From: Antedon mediterranea
Taxonomy: Eukaryota > Animalia > Echinodermata
Direction: 5' to 3'
DNA: 64,000 bases
Assembly: GCF_964355755.1 (NCBI RefSeq)
Contig: NC_092676.1
Location: 30,026,871 to 30,090,870, forward strand
The position numbers and the translations under genes are program-made. Below the pieces are notes generated by a model, which was not told the DNA's origin, did no database searches, and was given only the letters and a program-made list of their open reading frames with translations. The number at the start of each line of letters is the position of its first letter. The first letter of the stretch is position 1. Shown here piece after piece: positions 1-12,800 of this stretch.

Positions 1-607
1 AGAAATAATCCCAAACAAACAGCATACGGTATTATACGTGGGCATACAGGACACCACGTATCCCACTATTTTTTGGGCGGTTATATAATTTTCCCCTTGA
101 AATATGAATGGATAAATAAAGTCTTTTGTTCAGTACTACTAAAACTTGTCAACATCTGACTGTACAGCTAATTTACTCTCATCGGTGCTAAAGTAGTGTA
201 CTGTAATAATATATACCTCAGCATATTAATGACGGTTGTCTGATGAGCTATTGCAGAGTATAAAAGATATCCGCTTGATAACTATTATTGCATGACATTT
301 CGTGCTCGGAATCACGTGACCAATGAAGACTGAGATCAAACGCTAATAAATTCAACCCTTTATTTCTTCTAAATTACAAATTCCCATGAACAGAAAGTGT
401 GTCTGTTGACGCGAGTGCACGCATTATGATTGGCCGACTACATGGAAACATATTTTTGTTTGAGAAATGAAATCTACGATGTGGTTTTGAATGTCAGTTT
501 TCAATATTTTTGTATTTGAATAATTTATTTTTGTTTTTTTAGTTTAGATTTGTGTAATGAATAAACGTATTAAAAAAGATCAATTGATATAAAAGATAAA
601 TTATATG

Positions 608-850
608 AAGTATGATAGACTTGCCCCAAGTATGATAGACTTTCCCCAAGTATGATAGACTTGCCCCAAGTATGATAGACTTGCCCCAAGTATGATAGAC
701 TTGCCCCAAGTATGATAGACTTGCCCCAAGTATGATAGACTTGCCCCAAGTATGATAGACTTGCCCCAAGTATGATAGACTTGCCCCAAGTATGATAGAC
801 TTGCCCCAAGTATGATAGACTTGCCCCAAGTATGATAGACTTGCCCCAAG
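608..850. repeat. 20-bp tandem repeat (aagtatgatagacttgcccc), ~12 copies
   Basis: Near-perfect array read directly; its 3' part (tagacttgccccaag) is the start of a dispersed repeat also seen at ~49030 and ~51180. Confidence 0.95.
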
Positions 851-952
851 TCTGTATTTATTTACAGTATTTTTGTATGTTAGTCCAAAAGTCGACGTTT
901 CGATTTTTGTCTGAAAATACAAGCTCAAAACTCCGTCTGGAATCCAGACTAG
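836..952. mobile_element. short dispersed repeat, unclassified (related copies ~49030-49185, ~51180-51322)
   Basis: Shared blocks tagacttgccc..., ...caagctcaa... and ctccgtctggaa(t/g)ccagactag at three loci. Confidence 0.55.
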
Positions 953-2362
953 AATATGACTATGTGGCTGCTATCGCGTTATTTATTCATAATAATGTTG
1001 CCTGCTATCGCGTTTTAATGAACCTTGACCTTTCATTATTAATCCGTGTTCACACCCATCTTTGCGATTGCTCCGACATTCCTAATAGGCATAGTTGCTT
1101 CCCATTTTAATCAGTCTGGAGAATTGATACGTATGATTAGTACAGCAAAGTTCAATTTGCATCCAGGTCGGATATCTCGAGCTTTTTTTTTACAAATATA
1201 ATCCGCATGGACTACATCATCGATCCACGGATTAAATAAATCCCTTGGTATTTAATATTTTAACTTTTTAATTTAAATATTAAAAGCTCTACCCTGCGAA
1301 CCCCCTTTGTTAAATCGTTGAGGTATTATTATGGTTAAATGGTTCGACTTAATTAGGCCCACAATGCAACTTGAACCGAATGTTGGCTTCATGACGTAGG
1401 CCCTAGTTGTCATCGATATAAGAATTGGTTATTACCCTGTTAGTGTTAGTTAGTGTTAGTTAAAACGGATTAAGCATGCTTGTCGTTAAATTGTGGGTTT
1501 TTGGTGTAAGTAAACCCCTGTATTGAATTAAGAAGAGCATGTTTTAAAGTAATATTTGAGTGGTTTTTTACAGAATCTGTAAACACCAAGTGGGCTTTTC
1601 CATTAAAAGATTAAGCCTGATTAGCTAACATGATTTCACACTAGGCGATTTGTGTGTTGATGTATTTTGCTGTCATCCATTCTGTGTGACCGTGCTCATA
1701 ATCTATGTCGATTCCCATTTCACACTAGGCGATTTGTGTGTTGATGCATGTGTAACGGCCGACTGTCATCCATTCGCAGTGTGAACGCGCTGTCGTTTCA
1801 CAATCAATGTCGAGACCAATTTCCAATCTCATTTATCTTCAATAATTCATTTAATAACAAAATGATATTAACTTTATTTGCTGAAAATTGTTAATATTCC
1901 TACTGTAGGCCCTACCTATACTGTTAATAATCTGTTTAAATTTAACTAGTGACATTATAGGCCTATATTATTTATTTTGGATCAACCTATGTTTTTATTC
2001 GCATTCAAATTAATATTAAATTACCAAATCTTACGAATTTAAATAAACAAAATGTACATATATTAAATGAATAGATGACAAATCGAAGCTAAATGAAATT
2101 CTTTCAAGATTAAATGAATAGTTTAAACGTTCTTAGCTTCGCTGTGTGGCTATATGCCGTGATACATTATAGGCCTACATGTACGTCCTACATACGAACA
2201 ATGAGAACTAGACCACTTTCAATTATAAAATAATATGAAAATATATCGTGATTGATTAACAGCGAACATGGTGATAATGTATCCGTAATGATTTGATGTA
2301 ACCATCCAATGGTGTATCATACACGTGCTCTCAATTCAAGACTAATTAAAAGTAACCGGCTA

Positions 2363-2731
2363 AAGGCAAATTTACACAGACGAGCGGTAACGGTAATAAA
2401 AATATAGAATCTATATTGTTCCTTATGACGTCGACCCTTAAGCTTGGTTCCCACTAGAACGTAACGCAAGGACGTAAACGCAACGCAAGCGTTTTAACCA
2501 ATGGCAAGCGAAGATATAGACAGTTAGCAATAATAAGCCATCGCTTGTGATTGGTCAATTCACTTGCGTTGTGTTACGTCCTTGCGTTGCGTCGCTAGTG
2601 GGAACCACGCTTTACACAAAACGCGGAGCGGACGGGCGGTTTCCGCTCAGGATAGATACAGATTCTACGTGGAACAAGCTACGCGGTTTTCCACTTACCG
2701 CTTTACCGCGTCTGCTGTGTAAATTGGCCTT
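2363..2731. mobile_element. MITE family C (Harbinger-like) with a family A MITE nested inside
   Basis: Ends aggc(a/c)aatttacacag...ctgtgtaaattggcct; a copy without the nested insert lies in opposite orientation at ~58122-58295. Confidence 0.7.
2441..2611. mobile_element. MITE family A (PIF/Harbinger, Tourist-like)
   Basis: Palindromic agcttggttcccactag...ctagtgggaaccacgct flanked by TTA on both sides. Further copies at ~12810-12920, 13722-13850, 21103-21285, 41969-42147, 47030-47225, 52977-53134, 53843-54001, 57225-57500, 59095-59245. Confidence 0.85.
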
Positions 2732-4706
2732 AAGGATCACTTCTAAAATCCGCAGTACACTAAATCTAATTAATAGGACTGGTTTGTATTTTGATTCATT
2801 CAATCAATATTTTCAGAGATACGAAACCCGTTTCCAGCTAATATTTCTTCCGTTTACTCGTTACAATTCACACATATCATTAATAATTTGTTTGCATAGA
2901 AAAACTATAAAGATTGTTTTGAATTGTCAAAAAAAAAAAGTACAAGAATGGCAAAAAAATGTATATATACAGAAACAACCGCGGCCTCGCGTTAATTAAA
3001 GGCATGGTTGTTACAATTATTTCATGTTTTAATGGACAGGTTTTTTTACCAAACCGTTGTCGAATACTAACCGATCACTACGTATACTCATCAGCATATT
3101 GAATCTCATTCTTAATAAATCTAAACTGAGGATGAGGTACAATACCATTTTAAATTGATAATTTAAATTGAACATTAATGTGAATGAAAGCAGCAAAAAA
3201 CATTAATCGCGTCAAAACTATACAATTTGACCATCCCAACTGTCAAAACAAATCTTGAAAATTAAAAAAAAAACTAAATTATTTATAATATAGCTGAATA
3301 AATGAACAATAATATGATAGCAACACTTACCATTTTAAAAGTTTAGAATCTCGCAATGTTACGTTATGAAATGGAAGCAAGATGTAAGGCGTTGCCTTCT
3401 CCAATGTGATGCGTGGAAAGAGCACGGTTAATATGCACGCCTGTTTCAATCTACAACCCGATAGCATCGATCTAAAGTCCACGATGCGCATGCGTTAGCT
3501 GATTTGCTAGAATACTCCATGCTAGAATTGAGGAATACAATTCAACTATAATTATATTGCCATTTCTGTGATATATATGAAAATGAATAATAAATCTGTC
3601 ACGTGTGTATCAATCAAATCAAATCAATCTTTTTATTCATCAAAAACAATACAATGCAATAGGGCTACTTATATTTAAATAAAATATTTTACATTATTTT
3701 GGCAAATATCTAATTTTGTCGGCAAACTTAGTGATACATGGTAACATTAACTAGTACATACATATTACTAGCAATTATTGTTTTACGATAATAGATTTTG
3801 TTATAATGTATATTTTAATTCCTAATGCTTTTAGAATTTATAATTAATATATGTGCGTTTTTGTCTCTGGAGGTTGAACTATTCTTCTAATATGACTCGA
3901 TGAGTCATCTGCTTGAAATATTCATTACGATCTATAGTCTGCGTTCACACAGTGATACAGAAGATTACGCGAGCGTGCAAACGATGTTATCATTGATACG
4001 CGACGTGCAACGCGGTGCTAGGTAAAACATGATGTTCACATTGAAATGAATCTCATCAATTACAGTACTGTACCTTACAATAATCATGTTGACAACAAAT
4101 GCGATCCATTTCGCACTGCAGTTGAACTGTAATTAACATATTGTACCGTATGTAGTTTATAGTTAAAGCTATTATGTGGGAAGCGCGGGGTGAAGCGATT
4201 ACAAAGATGAGCAACCAGATCAGAAACAAGATAATATTAATGTACTATGTTATATAGGCATACACACACACATTCAGCGCGGTATCTGTATGCCATGTGT
4301 TAAAGTACTCATGTCATTGTATACATTATGTTGGAATGCATAAACGAAGTTCATTTTAAATGTCACAATGAAGCGTCGAATGAAGTTACTCATTTCAATG
4401 TTGAAGGAATTATTTTAAAAAAAATTCCTCCATGATTAAACTGATTAACTTAACGATTAAATCATCAATGCTAAACACAAAATAATTCTCATAAAAACAT
4501 TTATTATGGCCTAAACATTAATAAAACCGAGTTCCAAAAATGTTATTATAAACAAATCTATAAATATTGAATGTTCTCAAATTTATTAATTTGCTTTCAC
4601 ACACATACATTATTAATTCCTATAAATGGTCAACAATACAATTATTTACATAGATTGCAGAGTACTACATGAATTTAAAAATATTGATAGCATAATTATT
4701 AATAAG

Positions 4707-7700
4707 CTAAAATTGTTCTTCACTACTTGATTCATCAGTGTCCATCATAATTTCTTGGTAATCTTTTTCTAAGCACGCCATGTCATATCGAGCATCAGTA
4801 AACTCGCCTTCTTCCATTCCTTCGCCAACATACCAATGGATAAACGCGCGCTTCGCGTACATCAGGTCGAACTTGTGGTCAAGACGCGCCCAGGACTCGG
4901 AAATGGCGGTATTATTGCTGATCATGCAGACGGCACGTTGCATTTTTGCTTGGTCGTCATTTGGAAAGTTTGTCGGAGTTTGGTGGTTTATACTAACTTT
5001 AAAACCAGTTGGACACCAGTCAACAAACTGAATGTTCTTGTTGTGTCTTAAGTTCGAAACTGCAATATTAACGTCCGTTGGTACTACGTCACCGCGGTAG
5101 AGCAGGCAACATGACATGTAGTGACCATTCTGATGATTACATTTGACCATTTGACTACCTTTTTCAAAACAGTAGCTGGTAATTTCTGGGATTGAACACG
5201 TTTGGTGAAAAGATTTCTCTGAAGATAATGTTGGTGCAAAAGCTGACGAAACGAAGTGGATTCTCGGAAAAGGAACTAAGTTTGTTTGGAGCTCACTCAT
5301 GTCAAAGTTCAAAACTCCTTGGTATCTTAACGAAGCGGTTATTGACGATATTGTCTGTACAATTAGACGATTTAAGTTCAAGTAGGATGGACGCTCAATG
5401 TCAAGATCTCGCCTGCAGATCTCGTAAATTGCTTCGTTGTCAAATACAAAAGAACAATCACTCTCATCTACGGCCGATTTCATCGCAAATACTGCATTAT
5501 ATGGCTCTACAACAGCAGTTGAAACGAGAGGTGACGGATGAATGGAAAACATAAACTTATTTATCTTGGAAAATTCTTTAGAAAGCTCGTCCATTAGTAA
5601 GGACGTGAAGCCGGAACCTGTCCCTCCTCCTAAACTGTTGAATATTAGACATCCTTGTAAACTGCTGCACTGGTCGGCCTAAAAGATAATAAACATAAAA
5701 ATAGAATTAAGATGTAGACTATGGAGAGACTACAGAGATCCATCATTCGCTAGAAACTCTGATCAAGGCAATCTAACACAGGATGCTGAGATCAAAGCGT
5801 TTATCTGTGGCTGCGACACGATCAGTTCCATACTTTAGCAGAACACCGCGCGCCGACGACGATGAGAATGCGCACAAGTACCGTAAAGATTGCAGTGCAC
5901 CACTTGTATAGTTCTGAAGAGAACTGTTAAGTTTCTCAACGTTTCGATCATTATACTATATGATCTTCATAGGAGTGAGAAGCAAAATGTCAAGGAAATT
6001 TTTTTTTAGTTTCCAGAAAATACGTTTAAGCAGCAGCAAAGAGTGAAGAAACTTACCAATTTTCTAACTTGTTCCATGACGTTATCGATAACGCGTTTTC
6101 CCACCGAGTAACGCCCTCTTGCGAAGTTGTTGGCAGCATCTTCTTTGTCGTTAATCATTTGACGTGGACTGAAAAGACGTTTATAACGTCCGGTTCGAAT
6201 CTCATCTATTTCAAAATAAAAGAAAACGAAAATTATTATTTTTTTACTTACGATTAAATTAAGAACCATGGTTACCCGGATTCAAATTATTCAATTTCTT
6301 CCAAAAAAATAGCAAACGTTGTAAGAAGCTTCTTAATTGATTATATATACAAATAAAGAAACTAAAAAAGGACTAAATTCAAGAAAGAAATACCAATTAA
6401 ACAGTCAGGGGATTTCCTGGTACAAGTATTCAAGTGGCACTTGTTTGCAGTATGGAAGGAAAAATATGTTTACCTCCATGTTTGCAGTAAGCCCAAACTA
6501 AACTTTAGAAACATTTTAAAGAGAATATTTTGTAATACAGCATCTCATTTATATAATTTCTTCGGAAATAGATTCAGTACCGAGAAAAACACACTTATTA
6601 AAATATTAGTTGAATTAAAATAATGTTACCTATAGCAGTTGGCTCTAAATCAACGAAGATTGCTCGTGGGACGTGTTTTCCAGACTCTAGTTCGTTAAAG
6701 AACGTTTTACAAGATGAGTCGTCGAGTTCTATAGTCGTTGATTTGCGTCCATTTGCGTCTATACCGTGCTCAAGACAATACAATTCCCAGCATGCATTGC
6801 CTGTCTGTACCCCGGCTTGCCCAATGTGAATAGATAGACAATCACGTTGAACCTATCAAATAAAACAAAATTTACAATTTTGTTGTTTTTTAAAATTTAT
6901 TTATATTTTTATTTTTTATATGAAGCCAGTGTTCAGTACTATACTACACAATCTATATTACTACCTATATACTGTTCTTCCACCGTGCCTAGTAAAACCA
7001 TGGAGGTAAAAAAATTAATTTTTTTACCTCCATGGTAAAACCATGGAGGAAATATGGTATAACGTACCAATATCAATCAGCAATAAAAAGAACAATGAAA
7101 AAGTCGAACACGTGTAACATTTGAATAGAACTAGTAAAAAGTAGTACATATAATATATATGATTTCCTCATCTTTATCGTTTCAAATTAATTAACTTAAT
7201 AACTTATATAATTACTTATATAATAATTATATAATACTTATAATTATATAATACTTATAATTATATAATGCTTATATAATAATTATATAATACTTATAAT
7301 TATATAATTATATAATACTTATATAATACTTATATAATAATTACTTATATAATACTTATATAATAACTTATATAATAACTTATATAATTACAATAAATAG
7401 CTAAGATAATAATAATAAAAACAAACACGTATCAAATGAATACATTTTTAATTCCTTTTATATACATATATATATATACTCAGGTTGAAATTATCAGACC
7501 GTTAGGATAGAGTGCTCAATACCAAGGTAGAGCATATATAGTTTTATAACATTTTATCGTACAAGTTGTTTCATATTTTAATGTAATTTTATATTGTAAT
7601 ATTTACTTGTGTTTTATCTTATTTATTTTTGAATTGTAAATTTAACAATGTTTACTTTGTTGCAATGAATGGATTTGATTTGATTTAATTCAATTTCAGT

Positions 7701-8083
7701 ATATCACCGGGCGGTTTAGAATTAATGTTCTATGCCTGATGTGTTTATATATTATTATTAATTATTTATTATACAAATTTGATAACATTTAAAAACAACT
7801 TAAACAATACAATAAATAATTGTTTGTTGAAAGAAATAAGTCAATTTACTTTAAGAGAGTGTACGTGCAAGTCAGTACATGTTAACCCCTTACATACAAA
7901 AATGTTTTTATGCTACCGCAAACCATGCGCAAACCTGACCTAAACCATCGATGGATAAGCTGTAATTAAATACTGTACTGTATAATACTGTATGAAGTAC
8001 TGCGTTAAATACTGTATTAAGTACTGCATAAGTACTGTATTAAGTACTGTACTGTATAAGTAAAATTATTGCATACATACCAT
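4707..8083 (-). CDS. divergent alpha-tubulin, 4 exons (8083-8081, 6852-6630, 6205-6057, 5678-4707), 448 aa
   Basis: Motifs [87 protein letters not shown]-only exon 1 followed by GTATGT; exon phases add up to 1347 nt; intron positions match the usual 4-exon alpha-tubulin layout. Confidence 0.95.
6444..6487. mobile_element. 30-bp imperfect palindrome with 7-bp TSD (probable P-superfamily excision footprint)
   Basis: tttgcag|tatggaaggaaaaatatgtttacctccatg|tttgcag. Confidence 0.6.
6992..7041. mobile_element. 36-bp palindrome with 7-bp TSD (probable P-superfamily excision footprint)
   Basis: gtaaaac|catggaggtaaaaaaattaatttttttacctccatg|gtaaaac. Confidence 0.65.
7190..7395. repeat. degenerate AT-rich repeat (acttatataat-like)
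   Basis: Low-complexity array in tubulin intron 1. Confidence 0.8.
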
Positions 8084-8999
8084 TTTGTATTGAAGAAACG
8101 TTTCTGTACCAATCTCAATATAATGTGTCTACTTCATAAAGTACACGATCATAATAACGAAATGCTATGTAAGCCTGCAATATATCCAATATTGCTATCT
8201 ACTTCCTGTTAGTTTTAAATAAAGTTTACTTGTTCAATTATGTAACACATAGACGGTCTTTATTATACTGTTACAAATTGTTAATTTACTTGTCAATCAA
8301 ATAAATGATATCGTATCCGGTCGTTTAATTCATGGTTCAATCACGAAATTTAATTATAATAATAATTATAATATATTGGTTTACAACAATTTAAAATAAA
8401 TTAAAATAAATACGAACATAGAAATATAAATTAAAAGGAATTTTACACCTTTTGTCAGGAAAAAGAATTGACTGATTATTTTATTTTAAAGGACACTAAC
8501 AAACAACCCGGAATTGTCCCCCTTCATAAGGGCTTTTGCGTGTAAAAAATAAATAAAATACAAATATATACCAAAAAGAAATAATAACTCAAGAAATTGA
8601 GCACTAAGGGATTGAAATTTTGGAAAAGACAAAAAAAAAAATATTATAATAATGTAAATTACCTTCTTTACACGTTTTTTTAGATGACAACATTTATCTA
8701 TACTATAAGAGATATAATTATTAAGTGTGAAGAAATTGTTAAAAAAACAAAAAAACCAATCAAGCAACATACTCTCAGATTTGTAGCGTCTAGTTACGTT
8801 TGTCAGGCCCATGGTCATACCACGAAGGAGCCTCTAATGATATTATAACCATGGAGTAAAGAACCGCTTATTTTATTCGTATGTATTGTCAAACCCTGAT
8901 TCAACCATGGACCCTATGTTTAAATTTAAACGATACGGTACGTAACCATTGTCGTGGTTTTTGAATAGCTATTGAATCGATGAATCGATGAATCTGAAG

Positions 9000-9849
9000 G
9001 GTTTCGATCCAAGTCGGCCCTAAACCGTCTCGGCCAAAGTCAAGTCGGCCCCAAGTCAAGTCGGCCTCAAGTCAACTCGGCCTCAAGTCAACTCGGCCTC
9101 AAATCAACTCGGCCTCACGTCAACTCGGCCAAAAAATAATCGGTCAACTCGGCCCCGTTAAAGTATGGAACGCAAAAAGTGCAAATGAAGGGGATTGATA
9201 AAATAATATTTCTTCTTTTTTAACTATGAATAATTCTGACTTTTAATGAATATTATTATTTAGACAATATGGCCTAATATATTTAGCAAAAAAATAGGAA
9301 TGATTTCACCAACTTTCCTTTTATTATTTACGTTTAATAAAATTTCGTAGCTGAGCCTCCCTGCGCGTTTGCCAGCTTTTTCGATATCTACAACTACTAC
9401 GTGTTTTCGTTGACCGGGGGATTCCCCTTTTTTAAAAACGCAAATCATGCACAAAAACGATGTACGATCATTTTTTCTATGGCCAAATGGTGGAACGTAG
9501 GCCTCCGTCTTCGATTTCCTAAAATACGGTACCTGCACGTGTTTTTTTGTAACACGCGGGTACTTCTATTCATATCGGCAATGAGTTCATTTTTTTATAT
9601 GATATTATATTTTTTATTTCTTCATTTTTTTTAAAACGTGGATAGTAAGAATCGTAATAATATTAAGCACTTTTTGCGTTGCATACTTTATTGTGGCCGA
9701 GTTGACCGATTAGTTTTTGGCCGAGTTGACGTGAGGCCGAGTTGACTTGAGGCCGAGTTGACTTGAGGCCGAGTTGACTTGGGGCCGACTTGACGTGGGG
9801 CCGACTTGACTTTGGCCGAGACGGTTTGGGGCCGACTTGACCTGCACCC
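9000..9849. mobile_element. 850-bp non-autonomous foldback element with long TIRs built of 15-bp repeats (TU-like), 8-bp TSD
   Basis: ~180-bp inverted arms (9000-9182, 9667-9849) made of gtcaactcggcctcaa-type units; ATCTGAAG duplicated at 8992-8999 and 9850-9857. Confidence 0.9.
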
Positions 9850-9892
9850 ATCTGAAGACACTCTCATAGAAAGAAAAGTGCTTCTACACGAA

Positions 9893-12800
9893 ATGGACAA
9901 ACTATCAAAGATAGTAATTTTGTTGGTTATTTATAGCATTTTTATGAGCATCGGATATATCAAATATTACGGAGAACGACCAATCAACAAGCTTCCAACA
10001 ACATCATGTTGCCGCTCAGACTCTAATACGACGTCAGCTAAAAAAGGTAGACCTATAGGATTGTTTACGGTACGAGAGTAGAAGTTATGAAACATGGTTA
10101 TAGCATTGAGTACCGACTTACTAATCTTTCCTGGGTGATGGTAGTCATTACTACTTTATTATTACGTCACAGTATTGTTATTGGGAATCCCAACAAAGGG
10201 GTTTCCTAATCGTAATAAAATATAGTAATGTATGCGTACATTATCTTTTATGTATGTTTTTGTTTAACATTTAGCATTTTCCTAATATCAGAATTATTAG
10301 ATTGACTGTCAGGCTAGAGGTATTCCCAATCCCCCGAGTGATTTTCATTTTCTTGTTTTTTGTTTGCAGGCCTAATTTTCACCTTTATTATGGCAATTAG
10401 AGTTACGAGCATTTATTAACTTTACCTTTGATCCAGCCTCCCTAATAGTTTGCATACAACGTGTTTCTTATTTTTTATGATGGCGATCGATGTCCTGTAA
10501 TTGTACTTGACGTGAATAGCCATTCATTATAGCTTATTCAAATACATAGGCCTTGGTACCTCAATAGACACCATACCCTAAGCAAACAATTTGTAAAGAG
10601 AGATTTATTTTCATATACCGATTGGCAAACGTAGGCATAACAATGGTTAAGTGGCTTGTATTATAATTGTAAAGTGTACTGAAATGATATATGGTATTTG
10701 AATATGATTTTAATTTTACAGAGAAATTGTTTCTCGATAAGAAATCAAGTGACATGAACAAGTTTATTTTGCCAATCAAATCAGACTCGAAAAACAAGAG
10801 TGGGCCTAATAGTATGCCTATTATTAAATCAACGAATGGTCGACGAAAGTTTCCTAGGAGGAAAAAGAAGAGATTTTTTTATTGGGAAGAATTAAAACAG
10901 ACAATGCATTATCTACCTTTAGGCAGCACATTTGATACAAACACGGTGAGTTGTATGCATTATCTACCTTTAGGCAGCACATTTGATACAAACACGGTGA
11001 GTTGTATGCATTATCTACCTTTAGGCAGCACATTTGATACAAACACGGTGAGTTGTATATAAGAAAATATGTCATGATTACAAATTTGAATGTTATTACA
11101 TACTATATAATGAATTTAGGTATTACACCAAACGTTTTGAATGTTATTACATACTATATAATGAATTTAGGTATTACACCAAACGTTTTGAATGTTATTA
11201 CATACTATATAATGAATTTAGGTATTACACCAAACGTTTTGAATGTTATTACATACTATATAATGAATTTAGGTATTACACCAAACGTTTTGAATGTTAT
11301 TACATACTATAATGAATTTAGGTATTACACCAAACGTTTTGAATGTTATTACATACTATATAATGAATTTAGGTATTACACCAAACGTTTTGAATGTTAT
11401 TACATACTATAATGAATTTAGGTATTACACCAAACGTTTTGAATGTTATTACATACTATATAATGAATTTAGGTATTACACCAAACGTTTTGAATGTTAT
11501 TACATACTATAATGAATTTAGGTATTACACCAAACGTTTTGAATGTTATTACATACTATATAATGAATTTAGGTATTACACCAAACGTTTTGAATGTTAT
11601 TACATACTATATAATGAATTTAGGTATTACACCAAACGTTTTGAATGTTATTACATACTATATAATGAATTTAGGTATTACACCAAACGTTTTGAATGTT
11701 ATTACATACTATATAATGAATTTAGGTATTACACCAAACGTTTTGAATGTTTTAAAGAAATTGATGTCTGCCTTTGCAAGTTTCTTGCCGAGTCGTTCAA
11801 ACCTGCTACAATCTTGCTTGGTGACTGCACTGTGACGTCATTCACTGGCTGTCAAACTTCCGAGCAGAAATAAAACAAGAAAACAATGTATAGATATTAC
11901 AACACTATAATATTGTTAAATCGTTACATTTTGTGTATCTAGGAGGAACGAATAATCTTCAACCGGGTACCTAAGTGTGGAAGTCGAACTGTTTTAGATA
12001 TTTTCAAATATTTAGCGAACAGAAACCAGTATAATATGATAAGCTCTACAATATATGGCCCTCTTCATCTACCAGAAAATAAAAAGGTAATGTTTTAAAT
12101 TTGATTCAAAACAATGGTTCTTTTGTCTTTAAAAAAAAATTTCTGTGAAGTCATCTATATTGGCAAAAAATACGGTTTTCTTTTACGTTCACACCACCCC
12201 ATGGTAGGACTAATATAAGCCAGTCGTGATGGTATAGCGCTTTGATGTTGGATGATTATGATTCAACAACAATTGTTACAAGGGACGACAAAATATAGAG
12301 CACACGTATCATAGGTCATATTACAGTTAAAGTTATTTAATGTTGATTGATTTTTGTTTATCTATTTGTCACAATTTAGGCTTTGATAAAAGAATTAATT
12401 CTGGCGGCGGAACCTCCGGTTTTATTCCAGCGTCATATGCATTTTTTAAGTTTTCCAAAGTAAGTAGGTACTCTTCCCTGATACATAATTTAATCCGATA
12501 ATCAGCTGTGTCGTGTGTGCGTGCGTGCATGTTTTGGTTGGTTTTGGCTTAGGATGAGGGAAGTCAATAGCAAATGCACGACGCACAGTAATGTATCGAA
12601 AGTAGTCCTTAGCTAGAAAGAAAAAAAAAATTCATTATTACCTTATCCATAGCTCATCAAGAGTTAGATATATAAACATAATTCGAGATCCCATAGACAG
12701 GTTCATATCGGAGTACTACTTCATACGTTTTGGCGACGACAGAAATCCTATGAACTTTTCGGGTACAGATCAAGAGAAATATCAGGTAATTCTAATATTA

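Noticed and set aside
539-928. Repetitive ORFs (GQVYHTWGKSIILGASLSYL)n
   Set aside because: Translation of a 20-bp tandem repeat that lacks stops on the minus strand; no gene context.
2547-2999. 150-aa ORF sharing RADGRFPLRIDTDSTW with the ORF at 58076-58324
   Set aside because: The similarity comes from two copies of the same non-coding MITE (family C).
9663-9900. Repetitive basic ORFs (KSTRPQVNSASSQLG)
   Set aside because: Translations of the 15-bp repeats in the foldback TIR.
11053-11873. ORFs (MNLGITPNVLNVITYYI)n and a CRISPR-like look
   Set aside because: Head-to-tail minisatellite with no unique spacers, in a eukaryotic intron; frames shift at the 49-bp units.
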